Positions 1 through 10,046 of a DNA stretch of 64,000 bases are shown in pieces. The position numbers were made by a program, and so were the translations under genes. Below the pieces are notes generated by a model. The model had not been told where the DNA came from. It did no database searches and saw only the letters and a program-made list of their open reading frames with translations. Within the stretch, counting starts at the first letter, position 1. The number at the start of each line of letters is the position of its first letter. This stretch comes from Candidatus Poribacteria bacterium (GTDB taxonomy: Bacteria; Poribacteria; WGA-4E; UBA9662), in the NCBI GenBank assembly GCA_036339735.1, contig JAYZAL010000064.1, forward strand, positions 77,655 to 141,654. Reading direction: 5' to 3'.

Positions 1-639
1 TCTGAAAAAATCCTGGTTGACTTTGGTTTCGATAAAGAGTTTGTTGAAGCGGTACGTTCGATTGTCTTTGCTCACCTAAAACCTATCAATATGACTCCGT
101 CAGACTTCGATATCCTGTATAAAAATATCGAAAACCAGATTTTATATGATGCAGATACTATGGATCCCAATGTAGGTTACACTAGCTTCTTCCGTAACAT
201 CCATATTCACGCCCATTTTGCCATACAGCGTAATGGGAAGTTTGAACTAGGAAGTTATGTTGAAGGATTACCCAAATTTGTAGACTCAAAAGACGGCTTT
301 GTCGACCAACTCTTAACTGACGTAGCGATAGAAGTTGCCACCAATCGTCAAACCAGAACTCGTCAACTTGCAGCTGAAATGAATTTTGAACTAGATAATT
401 TGGAAATCAACCGCCAGTACGGTTTGTTAGGTGTAATAGAATATTTCGTTAGTGAAGTAGAAGACCCAGACTTTGCTTACCAGCTCAATTACTTGCAAAA
501 GGAGTGGATACCGAAGCGCCAGGAATGGATAGCTGACAGAAAGATGTCCAGATTGGAACGGGACGATGCTGAGTTGGCCATAGGTCGCGTCATTAGTTTT
601 ACTGACAGCTTGGAGTCAGAATACAAAGGTATCATTTAG
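1..639 (+). CDS. HD-domain phosphohydrolase-like protein, 5'-truncated by the window edge
   Basis: Frame 1 is open from base 1 (SEKILVDFGFDKEFVEAVRSIVFAH...). ILYDADTMD matches the distal HD-domain DAD motif; the HD dyad itself would lie upstream of the window. Confidence 0.6.
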   Translation, partial: SEKILVDFGFDKEFVEAVRSIVFAHLKPINMTPSDFDILYKNIENQILYDADTMDPNVGYTSFFRNIHIHAHFAIQRNGKFELGSYVEGLPKFVDSKDGFVDQLLTDVAIEVATNRQTRTRQLAAEMNFELDNLEINRQYGLLGVIEYFVSEVEDPDFAYQLNYLQKEWIPKRQEWIADRKMSRLERDDAELAIGRVISFTDSLESEYKGII

Positions 640-662
640 TTCATTTTTGATTTGAGATATTC

Positions 663-2150
663 ATGAGCGGGCCTATAAAAAGACCAAATCTAGTTTACCT
701 TTTTGCTGATCAATTACGGTACCATTCTTGTGGATTTGCGGGTGATCCTTGGGCCCAAACACCTAACATGGATTTACTGGCTAGCCAAGGCGTCAATTTT
801 ACCAATGCAACGTCCAATACACCAGTTTGTTCTGCCTATCGCGCTTCGCTATTTACTGGGAAATACCAAAGTAGTCACGGTATGGTCATTAACGAACTGA
901 GGTTGAGCCCAGAGCATAAGTGTTTTGGACATGTTTTGACTGCTAATGGTTATCGGACGGCTTACATTGGAAAATGGCACTTGTGGGCTAACGAACTCGG
1001 TAATCATCGCGCGATTCGTAACGGGTTTGTGCCACCGGGGCCATATCGATTAGGTTTTGACGATTATTGGGCTGGATATAATTTTAATCATAACTCATAC
1101 GACTCTTACTATTTTGAGGAAACCGCGACCCCAATCCCCTACAATGGCTATGAAGCTGATATACAGACCAACCTTGCAATCGATTATATTCGCCAAGCTG
1201 CCAGAAATAGTTCCCCATTTGCCATCTTTCTTTCGTGGGGGCCACCACACGACCCTTGGGGACCAGATAACATCCCTGATGAATATTGGAAGATGTTTGA
1301 AGGCGTTGATATTCATCCAAACCCTAATTTTTCTTCTCAGCCAGATCCTTATTCCGATAATTGGGCAAAAATCACCCCAGATTATTTGAATGATTTGCAA
1401 AACTCGATGAGAGGTTATTATGCCCAAACAACCAATATCGATTGGAACTTGGGGAGAGTGATGGATTGCCTCGAGCAAGTTGGATTAGCGGAAAATACTA
1501 TTTTAGTCTTTACCTCTGATCATGGAGAGATGTTTGGCTCACAAGGTAGACGAGCCAAAAACATATTCTATAATGAAGCTTGTCATGTGCCTTTTTTACT
1601 ACGTCACAGTAGGAAAACGCTGTCAGAACACAAGACTAATGTCAACTTCAGTACGGTTGATATTATGCCAACTTTGTTATCGATGATGAATTTACCGATT
1701 CCTTCTACCGTCGAAGGTTCAGACGTCAGTAGTTTTGCCATTCAGGGGTCGGGGGTCGGACCAATTGCAACTTTTATGCAAGGTATGGGAACAACAGCTG
1801 CTTGGACTGATGGTACCGAGTGGAGAGGAGTAAAGGATAATGAGTTCACTTTCGCTGTTTATCGTGAAAATAGACGGGAGTTTCTGTTCAGTAATGAGGA
1901 CGATCCATACCAGTTAAAAAACTTGGCTAAAAATCCTGATTACACTGATAAAGCCCAACTTTATAGGACCTTATTAGATGATTGGATGAATGTTCAAGAA
2001 GACGGATTTGAAGCTTGTTCTTGGTACCGAAATCAATGGACTAAAGACCGAAACATTATCCGAGGTGCTAAAGGCGGATGTCACGATCTTGAACAACTGA
2101 GTGAAATTATCTTAACACATTTCCCTGATATTGATTGTGTTCTACCTTAG
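663..2150 (+). CDS. Formylglycine-dependent sulfatase (S1 family)
   Basis: PNLVYLFADQ, CSAYRASLFTG, GKWHL, PPHDP and FTSDHG motifs. Confidence 0.93.
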   Translation: MSGPIKRPNLVYLFADQLRYHSCGFAGDPWAQTPNMDLLASQGVNFTNATSNTPVCSAYRASLFTGKYQSSHGMVINELRLSPEHKCFGHVLTANGYRTAYIGKWHLWANELGNHRAIRNGFVPPGPYRLGFDDYWAGYNFNHNSYDSYYFEETATPIPYNGYEADIQTNLAIDYIRQAARNSSPFAIFLSWGPPHDPWGPDNIPDEYWKMFEGVDIHPNPNFSSQPDPYSDNWAKITPDYLNDLQNSMRGYYAQTTNIDWNLGRVMDCLEQVGLAENTILVFTSDHGEMFGSQGRRAKNIFYNEACHVPFLLRHSRKTLSEHKTNVNFSTVDIMPTLLSMMNLPIPSTVEGSDVSSFAIQGSGVGPIATFMQGMGTTAAWTDGTEWRGVKDNEFTFAVYRENRREFLFSNEDDPYQLKNLAKNPDYTDKAQLYRTLLDDWMNVQEDGFEACSWYRNQWTKDRNIIRGAKGGCHDLEQLSEIILTHFPDIDCVLP

Positions 2151-2859
2151 ATATTTGGTCTGTTTTTTACCCGTTTTTATTATTCTAGATCGCGGCTTTG
2201 CCGCAGACGACTCATTTGAGCAGGGGATGTTGCACTATCGGGCTCGTCATTTTGATCAAGCTATCAAAAAATTCGAGTACACTGTTGACCTCTTTCCAAA
2301 TCACGCAGAGGCTTACAATTACTTGGGTGAATCTTTGTACGAGATGGGATCCTATATACAAGCGGTCAAATCGTTTAAAAAGGCCTTACAGATTAAGCCA
2401 GGCTATGGTCGAGCTGAAGTTAATTTGTTAGTTACTAGCTGGAAATTACCTCCGTCAGTTAAGCCTCCCCCATTGGAAGGCTGGCCTGAAGTTCGGTTGC
2501 AATTGATAAGTGGTTACACCATTGCCATTGGGGCCGCTGTACTAGCTTACTTGGGTGGAAATCTGATTGGTGCTAAGAATCAGGAAGGTATTGTTCCTTA
2601 TGAAGTCGGTGCAATAGGCTTAACTGTTGGCAGCATTGAACAAATTTATCTATTAGGCGAAGAGTTGGGTTATGGTGGTGGCCAACGTATCAACGTGATC
2701 GCTGGAGCTATTTTCTGCCCATTGATTGGCAGTATTATATATAGCAAAGTTCCGCAGGTTGGTCAAACAGGGTATCTTCGAGGAGCGGCTTATGGTGCAT
2801 TACTAGCACCAATCGGCGCTATTGTTGGTTATCATCTGTCTAAAAATAGTCTATTCTAA
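2131..2859 (+). CDS. TPR-repeat protein with signal peptide and Gly-rich hydrophobic C-terminus
   Basis: TPR consensus (AEAYNYLGESLYEMGSYIQAVKSFKKALQIKP), hydrophobic N-terminus, Gly-zipper-like C-terminal helices; start uncertain. Confidence 0.75.
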   Translation: MIVFYLRYLVCFLPVFIILDRGFAADDSFEQGMLHYRARHFDQAIKKFEYTVDLFPNHAEAYNYLGESLYEMGSYIQAVKSFKKALQIKPGYGRAEVNLLVTSWKLPPSVKPPPLEGWPEVRLQLISGYTIAIGAAVLAYLGGNLIGAKNQEGIVPYEVGAIGLTVGSIEQIYLLGEELGYGGGQRINVIAGAIFCPLIGSIIYSKVPQVGQTGYLRGAAYGALLAPIGAIVGYHLSKNSLF

Positions 2860-2928
2860 TCTGATTGCCGATACTTTGATTTCGACATCAAATAATCATG
2901 GGGACTTTTTTTATTAGACAGATTGAAC

Positions 2929-4800
2929 TTATCGAATGTCCCCGATCCAAGTCAGAAATTTATCAGCCGGTATGAAAGAGGAAATTCGTTTTCCTTCTAA
3001 TTCTTGACCACTACTATCGAAAAAGGCAACGATTGGTAGCCCACTGACTTGATACTTAGCTTTCAGTGTTTTGATTCTTGGATCTTTTGGGTTGGTGAAG
3101 TCAAGCTTGATTGTGACGAAATCATTTAATCGCTCAACTACTTCAGGCTGTGAAAAAGTTCGGTGATCTAATTCTTTGCATGCCGAACACCAGTCGGCGT
3201 AAAAATCGATCATGATAGGCTTATTTTTCTGTTTAGCAATCATAAAGCCTTCTGATTCATCTTTAATCCAATTTACCTTTGGCTCATTATTATGAGATCT
3301 AAGAGTTTCTTTAAATTGAAATCCACCATTAATAAATCCTCCAGCCACTATATAAAAACCGATTACAGCTATCAATACACCGAATGCTTTCTGCAAATAA
3401 GAAAGCCCTCTTAGATCTTTAAAGCGCTTAGTGAATTTTCCAATTTGTATACCATTGATGATAAAAATTAAGCCAATGGCCAAAAATTCTACTGAATTTC
3501 TTAGTAGTAAATTTAGAGGAAGCCAAATGTTTTTGAGATAAAAAAGGGACATGGCGATGATTGCAACACCGAAAATGTTTTCTAGCACGTACATCCACCC
3601 ACCTGACTTGGGTAAAGAGCCTAAAATACTAGAGAAAGTACCGATCACAATAAAAAGTAGACCCATACCAATTGCGTACGTCAACATTAAAAAAAAGCCT
3701 AATGTTATATTATTAGTAGTAGCTACATAAGATAGTACGGCACCTAAGGCCGGTCCTGTACAAGGAGCTGCAATTACTCCAGCTACTGTTCCCATTATAA
3801 ATGCACCACCAAACCCAGATCCACCGACTGCATTAAGTCGATTTTGAATACTCATTGGTAGTTGCAGATCAAATAAACCTAACATTGATAGACCGAGAAT
3901 TATTAAAATAGTACAGACTAGACCCATGGCAATCGGGTTAGCCATAATGGTACCAAATACTGAACCAGTTGAGGCTACAATGACTCCTAGGATTGAGTAC
4001 ATTACAGCCATGCCAAAAACATAACTAATTGACAACAAAAAGGATTTTCTTCGACTTGTATCCTTTCCTGCTCCAAATACAGATACTGTTATTGGGACCA
4101 GTGGGTATACACATGGTGTTAGACTAGTCAGAATTCCACCGATAAAAACAAATAGGAACGCCCAGAGATGCCCCTTCGATAATGCAGAGAGAAACTGATC
4201 ATCAGGTGGTAAGTTTTCATTTTGTTCTCTTATGTCTTTTGAGAATGGGTTGAAATTGAAATTTTCGAATATGTCAGTGTGGATCGATTGGGTCGATTTC
4301 TCAGAGGAAACAATTTTTAACTGTATAGGAACAGACAATTCAGTTGGCATAAGGCAACTCTGGTCATTGCATGCCTGGTAACGTAAAACTGACATGAATT
4401 CAATCAATCCGAGTGGTGCGCTATTACTGACTTGTCCCTTAAAGCCAATTAATGACTGGTAATGATAGAGTGGAACTTTACCGACTGAAGCTAATTCAGT
4501 GATTTCTCCCTCTGAGTACAATACCGACTCTAAACTTAAGTAAGGTTGCTCTGGTAGAATTAACTCTGTTGGAATCAAGTAATTTTGGCCCGCAGGATTA
4601 GCGTTTATATGCCAACCGTCTTGGATTTCTATCCGAATTACAGCTTCAAAGCTTTGACCAGCGTGAAATTGATCTTTTGATAGAAAGGTTCTTGCTGTAA
4701 CAATTTCGTTCGGACTATTCAAGAATTGGGCTTGGCTGAATTTGTGGCTCCAGCTACACAAGACCATCAGTATTAGAATTATTTTCCAGCGAGCAGCCAT
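2929..4800 (-). CDS. dsbD: Thiol:disulfide interchange protein DsbD
   Basis: N-terminal domain (GWHIN...YQACNDQSC), membrane domain (LTPCVYP, AAPCTGP), thioredoxin domain (DFYADWCSACK). Confidence 0.93.
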   Translation of the reverse strand: MAARWKIILILMVLCSWSHKFSQAQFLNSPNEIVTARTFLSKDQFHAGQSFEAVIRIEIQDGWHINANPAGQNYLIPTELILPEQPYLSLESVLYSEGEITELASVGKVPLYHYQSLIGFKGQVSNSAPLGLIEFMSVLRYQACNDQSCLMPTELSVPIQLKIVSSEKSTQSIHTDIFENFNFNPFSKDIREQNENLPPDDQFLSALSKGHLWAFLFVFIGGILTSLTPCVYPLVPITVSVFGAGKDTSRRKSFLLSISYVFGMAVMYSILGVIVASTGSVFGTIMANPIAMGLVCTILIILGLSMLGLFDLQLPMSIQNRLNAVGGSGFGGAFIMGTVAGVIAAPCTGPALGAVLSYVATTNNITLGFFLMLTYAIGMGLLFIVIGTFSSILGSLPKSGGWMYVLENIFGVAIIAMSLFYLKNIWLPLNLLLRNSVEFLAIGLIFIINGIQIGKFTKRFKDLRGLSYLQKAFGVLIAVIGFYIVAGGFINGGFQFKETLRSHNNEPKVNWIKDESEGFMIAKQKNKPIMIDFYADWCSACKELDHRTFSQPEVVERLNDFVTIKLDFTNPKDPRIKTLKAKYQVSGLPIVAFFDSSGQELEGKRISSFIPADKFLTWIGDIR

Positions 4801-4927
4801 TTATTTACTTTTCCTTGGTCAAATATCAAGACATGATCATTGCAATAGATTGTAATATTTTGAGAGTTGACATGAACAATATTAGAATAGCTTAGTCCCT
4901 TCAAAATGAAAAATTATTGACTCGTAA

Positions 4928-6127
4928 GTGTATACCATACTAAATGAGATGACAAAAATTAATCAGTTAGAGTTAAAAAAAACTCAGTTGAATCAATGGA
5001 TTCGAAAACAAGCCGAAAAAATGGGATTTGATTTGGTTGGTATAGTGCCTGCTGACCCTCCAAAACTTATCGATCGTTACCGTGAATGGTTAAATCTAGG
5101 TTATGCAGGTGAAATGGAGTACCTACACCGCCATTTCCCTTTAAAACAAGACCCAAAAAACTTATTACCAGAAGTGAAATCTGTTATTTCATTAGGATTG
5201 AACTATTATACTGTTGAGCCTGATGCTGTGCGAAAGCTGGATCCTACCCGTGGTCAAATTTCCCGCTACGCTTGGGGGGAAGATTACCATGATGTAATCC
5301 GTAAACGACTCAAGCGATTAGTTAAAAAAATTGAAAAACGTTTAAAAAGAGAAACAAAAAGCCGCGTTTTTGTTGACTCTGGTCCCATTTTGGAACGTGA
5401 TTATGCCCAAACTGCTGGTTTAGGCTGGATTGGCAAAAATACCAATTTAATCAATTGGCAAAAAGGATCGTGGTATTTTTTAGCTGAAATTTTGATCAGC
5501 CTGGATTTAGGTGTCGATGTTTTACCTGCACGTGGTAGTTGTGGCTCTTGCACACTTTGCATAGAGGCTTGTCCAACTGACGCTATTGTTGCTCCGAATC
5601 AGGTAGATGCAAGGAGTTGTATTTCTTACTTAACTATCGAGTTGAAAGAAGCAATACCGATGGATCTAAGACCAGGTCTTGGCAACCTAATTTTCGGTTG
5701 TGATATTTGTCAGGAGGTATGTCCCTGGAATACCAAATCACAACCAACTTCTGTTGAAGAATTCCAACCTAGAAAGGGTAATCTCCTGCCAAAATTAGCC
5801 GACTTAATTGGTATTACGCAAAACGAATTTAGCCAAAAGTTCAAAGGAAGTCCGATCAAGAGAGCTAAACGACGTGGTTTTTTACGGAACGTAGTCGTGG
5901 CTATGGGAAATTCAAAAGACCCGTCGATGGTTGAGCCTCTTCAATCAGCTATTTGGGATACTGAACCACTAGTACGTCAACATGCAGCATGGGCTTTAGG
6001 GCAAATTGCTACACCGCTGGCTGAAACTATTCTCAAAAAAAAATTACAAAATGAAAATAACATTGAGGTTGCAACCGAAATCGAGTCTGCTTTGCAAATT
6101 ATCGAATCAGAGAATATGAAAGACTAA
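4928..6127 (+). CDS. queG: Epoxyqueuosine reductase QueG
   Basis: ISRYAWGEDYH, VDSGPILER, CGSCTLCIEACPT, FGCDICQEVCPWN, C-terminal HEAT-like repeat; start may be the ATG at 4949. Confidence 0.95.
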   Translation: MYTILNEMTKINQLELKKTQLNQWIRKQAEKMGFDLVGIVPADPPKLIDRYREWLNLGYAGEMEYLHRHFPLKQDPKNLLPEVKSVISLGLNYYTVEPDAVRKLDPTRGQISRYAWGEDYHDVIRKRLKRLVKKIEKRLKRETKSRVFVDSGPILERDYAQTAGLGWIGKNTNLINWQKGSWYFLAEILISLDLGVDVLPARGSCGSCTLCIEACPTDAIVAPNQVDARSCISYLTIELKEAIPMDLRPGLGNLIFGCDICQEVCPWNTKSQPTSVEEFQPRKGNLLPKLADLIGITQNEFSQKFKGSPIKRAKRRGFLRNVVVAMGNSKDPSMVEPLQSAIWDTEPLVRQHAAWALGQIATPLAETILKKKLQNENNIEVATEIESALQIIESENMKD

Positions 6128-6513
6128 TTCAACTGGATTTTTTGACTTTGATTAATTTAGTCAAGAACAATATTAGTGCTCGAATCGAGTAAAAAACTAT
6201 AATGATCCTGGAATGTGAATTTTCTGGCACATTCCCAAATTTTAACTAAACATTTAGGAATCGTTGTCCGACAAGATTTTAACTTTAGGTTCCAAATAAT
6301 TATAAATTCAAGATTTCAAAAAATAGGTGGCAGATCAGCTTTGATTCTTAGAGCCTGAAACTCTTTTTGTTTTGGTAACGTTAGTTTCTGCGTGTAACTA
6401 TAGAATTGGAAATCGTTATTGTTTTCTAGCCAGCCTGACTCGTTTGTTTCAATCACAATAAGCTGAAAGCTTAATAATACGAATTACTTTCTCCTCCTGT
6501 ATCAGATTAACTA

Positions 6514-7881
6514 ATGACAAAAAAAACAGTACAGCGGCCTACCATGAACTATAAAATCCTTTGCGTGGATGATGAGCAAATCATTTTGGACGCTCTAGAT
6601 CGCTTGTTTCGTCATATTGGTTACCAGCATGTTTTAACTGCTCACAGTGGTGAGTTAGGGTTGGGGATTTTGGAAAACAACCAAGATACAGATGTAATTA
6701 TTGCAGATGAAAGAATGGGAAATGGTATGTCAGGAAGTCAATTTTTGAAAGAGAGTATGATTTTCTGCCCTGAAGCTGTGCGGATTCAATTAACTGCCTA
6801 TTCTGATTCAGAGATCTTGGTAAAAGCAGTGAATACTGCTAATATCTTCCGTCATGTTCGTAAGCCATGGAATAACAAGCAGTTGGTTCAGATTGTACAA
6901 GAGGGGTTAAAGGGACGGTTATTAAAACGAAGAGAAACTCAGAGATTAGATAAAATGACGCAGGCTGCCAAATATTATCGAGCTGAGAGCATTCGTTTGA
7001 AAAAAGAAAATCAGGAACTAACATCAAATCTCGACCAGTTGCAAGAGTCAATCGGGCAAACCGCTAGTAAGACAAATCAAAGTTTTTTAGATACTTTACT
7101 GTTTACTATGCAGTATGTAAATCCAGTATTATGGCAACACTCTAGACGAGTTGGTAAATGGTGTCGACTGATGGCTGATGCTGTAGTTGAAGACGGGCAA
7201 AGTAGTGTCGCTTTCCCGGCTGATATGTTGGAGATGGCAGGTGTTTTACATGATATTGGCAAACTTAAATTCCCTGAATCTCTTTGGAGGATACCCTTCG
7301 CAGATTTGAGCGAAGATCAAAAAAATCAAGTCGGTATGCACGTCGAAGATGGATTGTGGTTAATCAGACGACTGCCAGATGAAGTTCGAAAAACCTTAAG
7401 AAAACCGATTCGACAACATCATGAGCGAAGGGATGGCAAAGGATATTACGGTATTTTTTTAGACCAAATTGACTCTTGGGCACAAATTATTGGAATTGTC
7501 AGTGACTATGACAATTTTCGATTTTCGGAATTGCATGGTGGCCCGTTAGGTCCGTTAGAAGTTATTGAAAAGATGAAAGAAGATATTTACTCACCTAGCG
7601 AGCAAATTGGTAAATACAACGAACGATTTTTTGCTCTTTTTGAGTATTTGTCAATCAACGTGTCCGATGAGGAATTAGAACGCAATGAATCTGTTGAACT
7701 ACCTTCGATACAAGATGTAACCCCAGGACATATACTGGCGGAAGATCTATATACGGTCAAAGACATCTTCTTCCTTGTTAGAGGTCATATGATTGAAAGC
7801 AGTGATATTGAAAAAATGAGGATTTACGAAGACGAAGACAATGGTGTGAGAAATATCTGGGTCCAATCTTCGAAAGAATAA
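6514..7881 (+). CDS. Response regulator receiver plus HD-GYP-type phosphodiesterase domain
   Basis: Receiver motifs (ILCVDDE, IIADERM, LTAY, RKPW), coiled coil, then HSRRV / LHDIGK / HHERRDGKGY. Confidence 0.88.
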   Translation: MTKKTVQRPTMNYKILCVDDEQIILDALDRLFRHIGYQHVLTAHSGELGLGILENNQDTDVIIADERMGNGMSGSQFLKESMIFCPEAVRIQLTAYSDSEILVKAVNTANIFRHVRKPWNNKQLVQIVQEGLKGRLLKRRETQRLDKMTQAAKYYRAESIRLKKENQELTSNLDQLQESIGQTASKTNQSFLDTLLFTMQYVNPVLWQHSRRVGKWCRLMADAVVEDGQSSVAFPADMLEMAGVLHDIGKLKFPESLWRIPFADLSEDQKNQVGMHVEDGLWLIRRLPDEVRKTLRKPIRQHHERRDGKGYYGIFLDQIDSWAQIIGIVSDYDNFRFSELHGGPLGPLEVIEKMKEDIYSPSEQIGKYNERFFALFEYLSINVSDEELERNESVELPSIQDVTPGHILAEDLYTVKDIFFLVRGHMIESSDIEKMRIYEDEDNGVRNIWVQSSKE

Positions 7882-7895
7882 AATCGAAGGAACAA

Positions 7896-8015
7896 ATCAG
7901 ATCGGATGTGAAATATTAATTTCTTCCGGTTTGGGAAAATTAAGACGACTTGTTTCTGAACATGGATTTGCAAGTCTCCAAGCCATGTCTGTGTCAGGTT
8001 AAGATCAATCTTGAC
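7896..8015 (-). pseudogene. Possible remnant of a proprotein-convertase P-domain gene
   Basis: Translation VKIDLNLTQTWLGDLQ...VLIFPNRKKLIFHIRSD resembles the P-domain pattern VxVxIxHTWxGDLxIxLxSPxGxxxxLHxRxG. Confidence 0.35.
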
Positions 8016-8139
8016 TCTAAAATGACTTGCCGACCTCATGAGGGTACTAAAGGCCGAAATGCCTAGACGTAAAAATTTTCATTAATTTTCGAAATATTAA
8101 ACTAAGTTCACAATTTGAAACGTAAAACGTATTTATTCA

Positions 8140-8628
8140 ATGATAATTCAACTACCAGGTAAAATTTGCACTTCTGAGCAATTATCTCAAATAATAAAAA
8201 AGAAAAAGGCTCTAGATGAGGTGATAGTAAGTACAAATGGCTGTTTTGACTTGCTTCATGTGGGTCATTTGCGCTACCTGAAAGCAGCAAAAAAGATGGG
8301 AGACATACTAGTAGTCGGAGTTAACAGCGACGAATCAGTCAGATACTTAAAAGGTGCTAATCGACCACTGGTGCCAGAAATGGAACGAGCAGAGATGCTT
8401 TCAGGTTTAGATTGTGTCGATTATGTGGTCATTTTCTCAGAGCCCGATCCAAGGAACCTCCTATCGATCCTCAAACCTACCATTCACGTTAAAGGTGGCG
8501 ATTATTCTATTGAACAAGTAATCGAGCGAGATGTTGTTGAAGAAAATGGTGGCCGGGTTATAGTCGGTATTAATGTGGCTGGCAAATCCACGACTAATGT
8601 AATCCAAATGATCCGAGATCTATACTAA
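8140..8628 (+). CDS. rfaE2: D-glycero-beta-D-manno-heptose 1-phosphate adenylyltransferase (RfaE domain II)
   Basis: TNGCFDLLHVGH, VGVNSDESVRYLKG.RP, VKGGDY, STT. Confidence 0.93.
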   Translation: MIIQLPGKICTSEQLSQIIKKKKALDEVIVSTNGCFDLLHVGHLRYLKAAKKMGDILVVGVNSDESVRYLKGANRPLVPEMERAEMLSGLDCVDYVVIFSEPDPRNLLSILKPTIHVKGGDYSIEQVIERDVVEENGGRVIVGINVAGKSTTNVIQMIRDLY

Positions 8629-9629
8629 CCTCGTTCCCTTATGTATTCCGGTTGTGCGATCTGAAATTCTTGTGGGACTCGACCAGAAACAACCGCTTCG
8701 ACATCACGCACAAGTAGAGACCCGATATTCAGAAGACCTTCTCCGATAGCACCTGCCCTATGTGAAGATAACACCACATTTGGTAGTTGCCTGATTGGAT
8801 GACTCAAGGGTAATGGTTCTTGAGGATACACATCGATTCCTGCTTTAAAACGGCCTTGGGATAACAAATCAGTCAAGGCTTCAAAATCAACTACATGTGC
8901 TCGGCTCATTAGCAAAAAGACTGAATCATCACCAATCAATTCTAGTTTTTGACGATCTAACAGAGCCCGGTTAGATTGTGTTGGTACAGCTAGTACATAG
9001 ATGAAGCGAGACGTTTCCAACAAATTCTCTAAACCAACGGGTTGAACCCCTTCTTGTTTTAAGTAACTATCTGTTAACCAAGGATCATAGACCTGAATTG
9101 AAGTACGAAAAGGCTTCAATAGATTTCTGAGTGATCGTGCTAATCCACCAAAGCCAATAAAACCAGTTGGTTTGTCATACAAGGAAAAGGTTCCTCCAAA
9201 TTCTTTATGACTCCAATTTGCTTGTCCTTTCCGAAAAGCCGCGTCATTCCAAACAATTTGACGTGCTGTTGCAATTGATAACCCAAGAGCCATCTCAGCA
9301 ACTACTGGGCCAAAAGCTGGTGCGCAACTCATTACTCGAATACCTCGAGCGAAACAGTCTTTGTAAGACAATTGCCTCGGAGATGGAAACCCTCCACTGA
9401 CTTCAAAGATAGATTGTAATTTGGGGAACCGGGACACATCACCGTAACGCCACTGCCCAGTAATAACTATAGTGATATCTTCCTTCAGATCAAATAGTTC
9501 ATCATCAGTTATAGGTTGATCTTTCCCCCATACTACATCGCTTAAATTATATAGCTGTTTCAAATCTTTAGGATAAAAAATATTACTTCGTCGTCGAAAA
9601 TGAGTATCCAACAATATCTTGTGGAACAT
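8625..9629 (-). CDS. D-isomer-specific 2-hydroxyacid dehydrogenase family protein
   Basis: GFIGFGGLA, YDPW, SRAHVVD, DVYPQEP, SHRAG. Confidence 0.88.
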   Translation of the reverse strand: MFHKILLDTHFRRRSNIFYPKDLKQLYNLSDVVWGKDQPITDDELFDLKEDITIVITGQWRYGDVSRFPKLQSIFEVSGGFPSPRQLSYKDCFARGIRVMSCAPAFGPVVAEMALGLSIATARQIVWNDAAFRKGQANWSHKEFGGTFSLYDKPTGFIGFGGLARSLRNLLKPFRTSIQVYDPWLTDSYLKQEGVQPVGLENLLETSRFIYVLAVPTQSNRALLDRQKLELIGDDSVFLLMSRAHVVDFEALTDLLSQGRFKAGIDVYPQEPLPLSHPIRQLPNVVLSSHRAGAIGEGLLNIGSLLVRDVEAVVSGRVPQEFQIAQPEYIRERG

Positions 9630-10046
9630 GATTTTAGTTTTCTATTTGACTTGGTAGTAGAAAGCTGTAGTTTGCACCCATACTTATGACAGATAACTAC
9701 GTTGCGAGTTGTGTGTACAAATGAAAGTTAATTGGTCTATCTTTTGTCTTTCATTTGCCATTTTATACAGAAGATGTCGTCGTTGATCAGTAATTTGGTC
9801 AAATTCTAAGATGGTTTGACCAATGTAGCGTTTTAATGACCTTATCACAGTATTTATTTGCACATTTGTTGAGACAAATTTGAGGACTCAAAAAATTCTA
9901 TCATAAACCAACTATTGTTTACTTGTTTTTTTCCGGTGGAAGTCAAGATCGAGTGCATAGCATGAATCGTGTGCCGTATGCTAGAATTGGCGAGTGTTAT
10001 TCATTAATTTTGATAAAAAAGTTCGATATGCTATGAGGCTGACAAT

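Noticed and set aside
7928-8035. Long imperfect hairpin considered as 6S or SRP RNA
   Set aside because: Too short for 6S and lacks the SRP GGAA/GCAG motif; a coding relic explains it at least as well
8034-8066. CTCATGAG...CCGAAA resembling a hammerhead ribozyme core
   Set aside because: The core reads CUCAUGA rather than CUGAUGA, stem II pairs poorly, and I found no stems I/III
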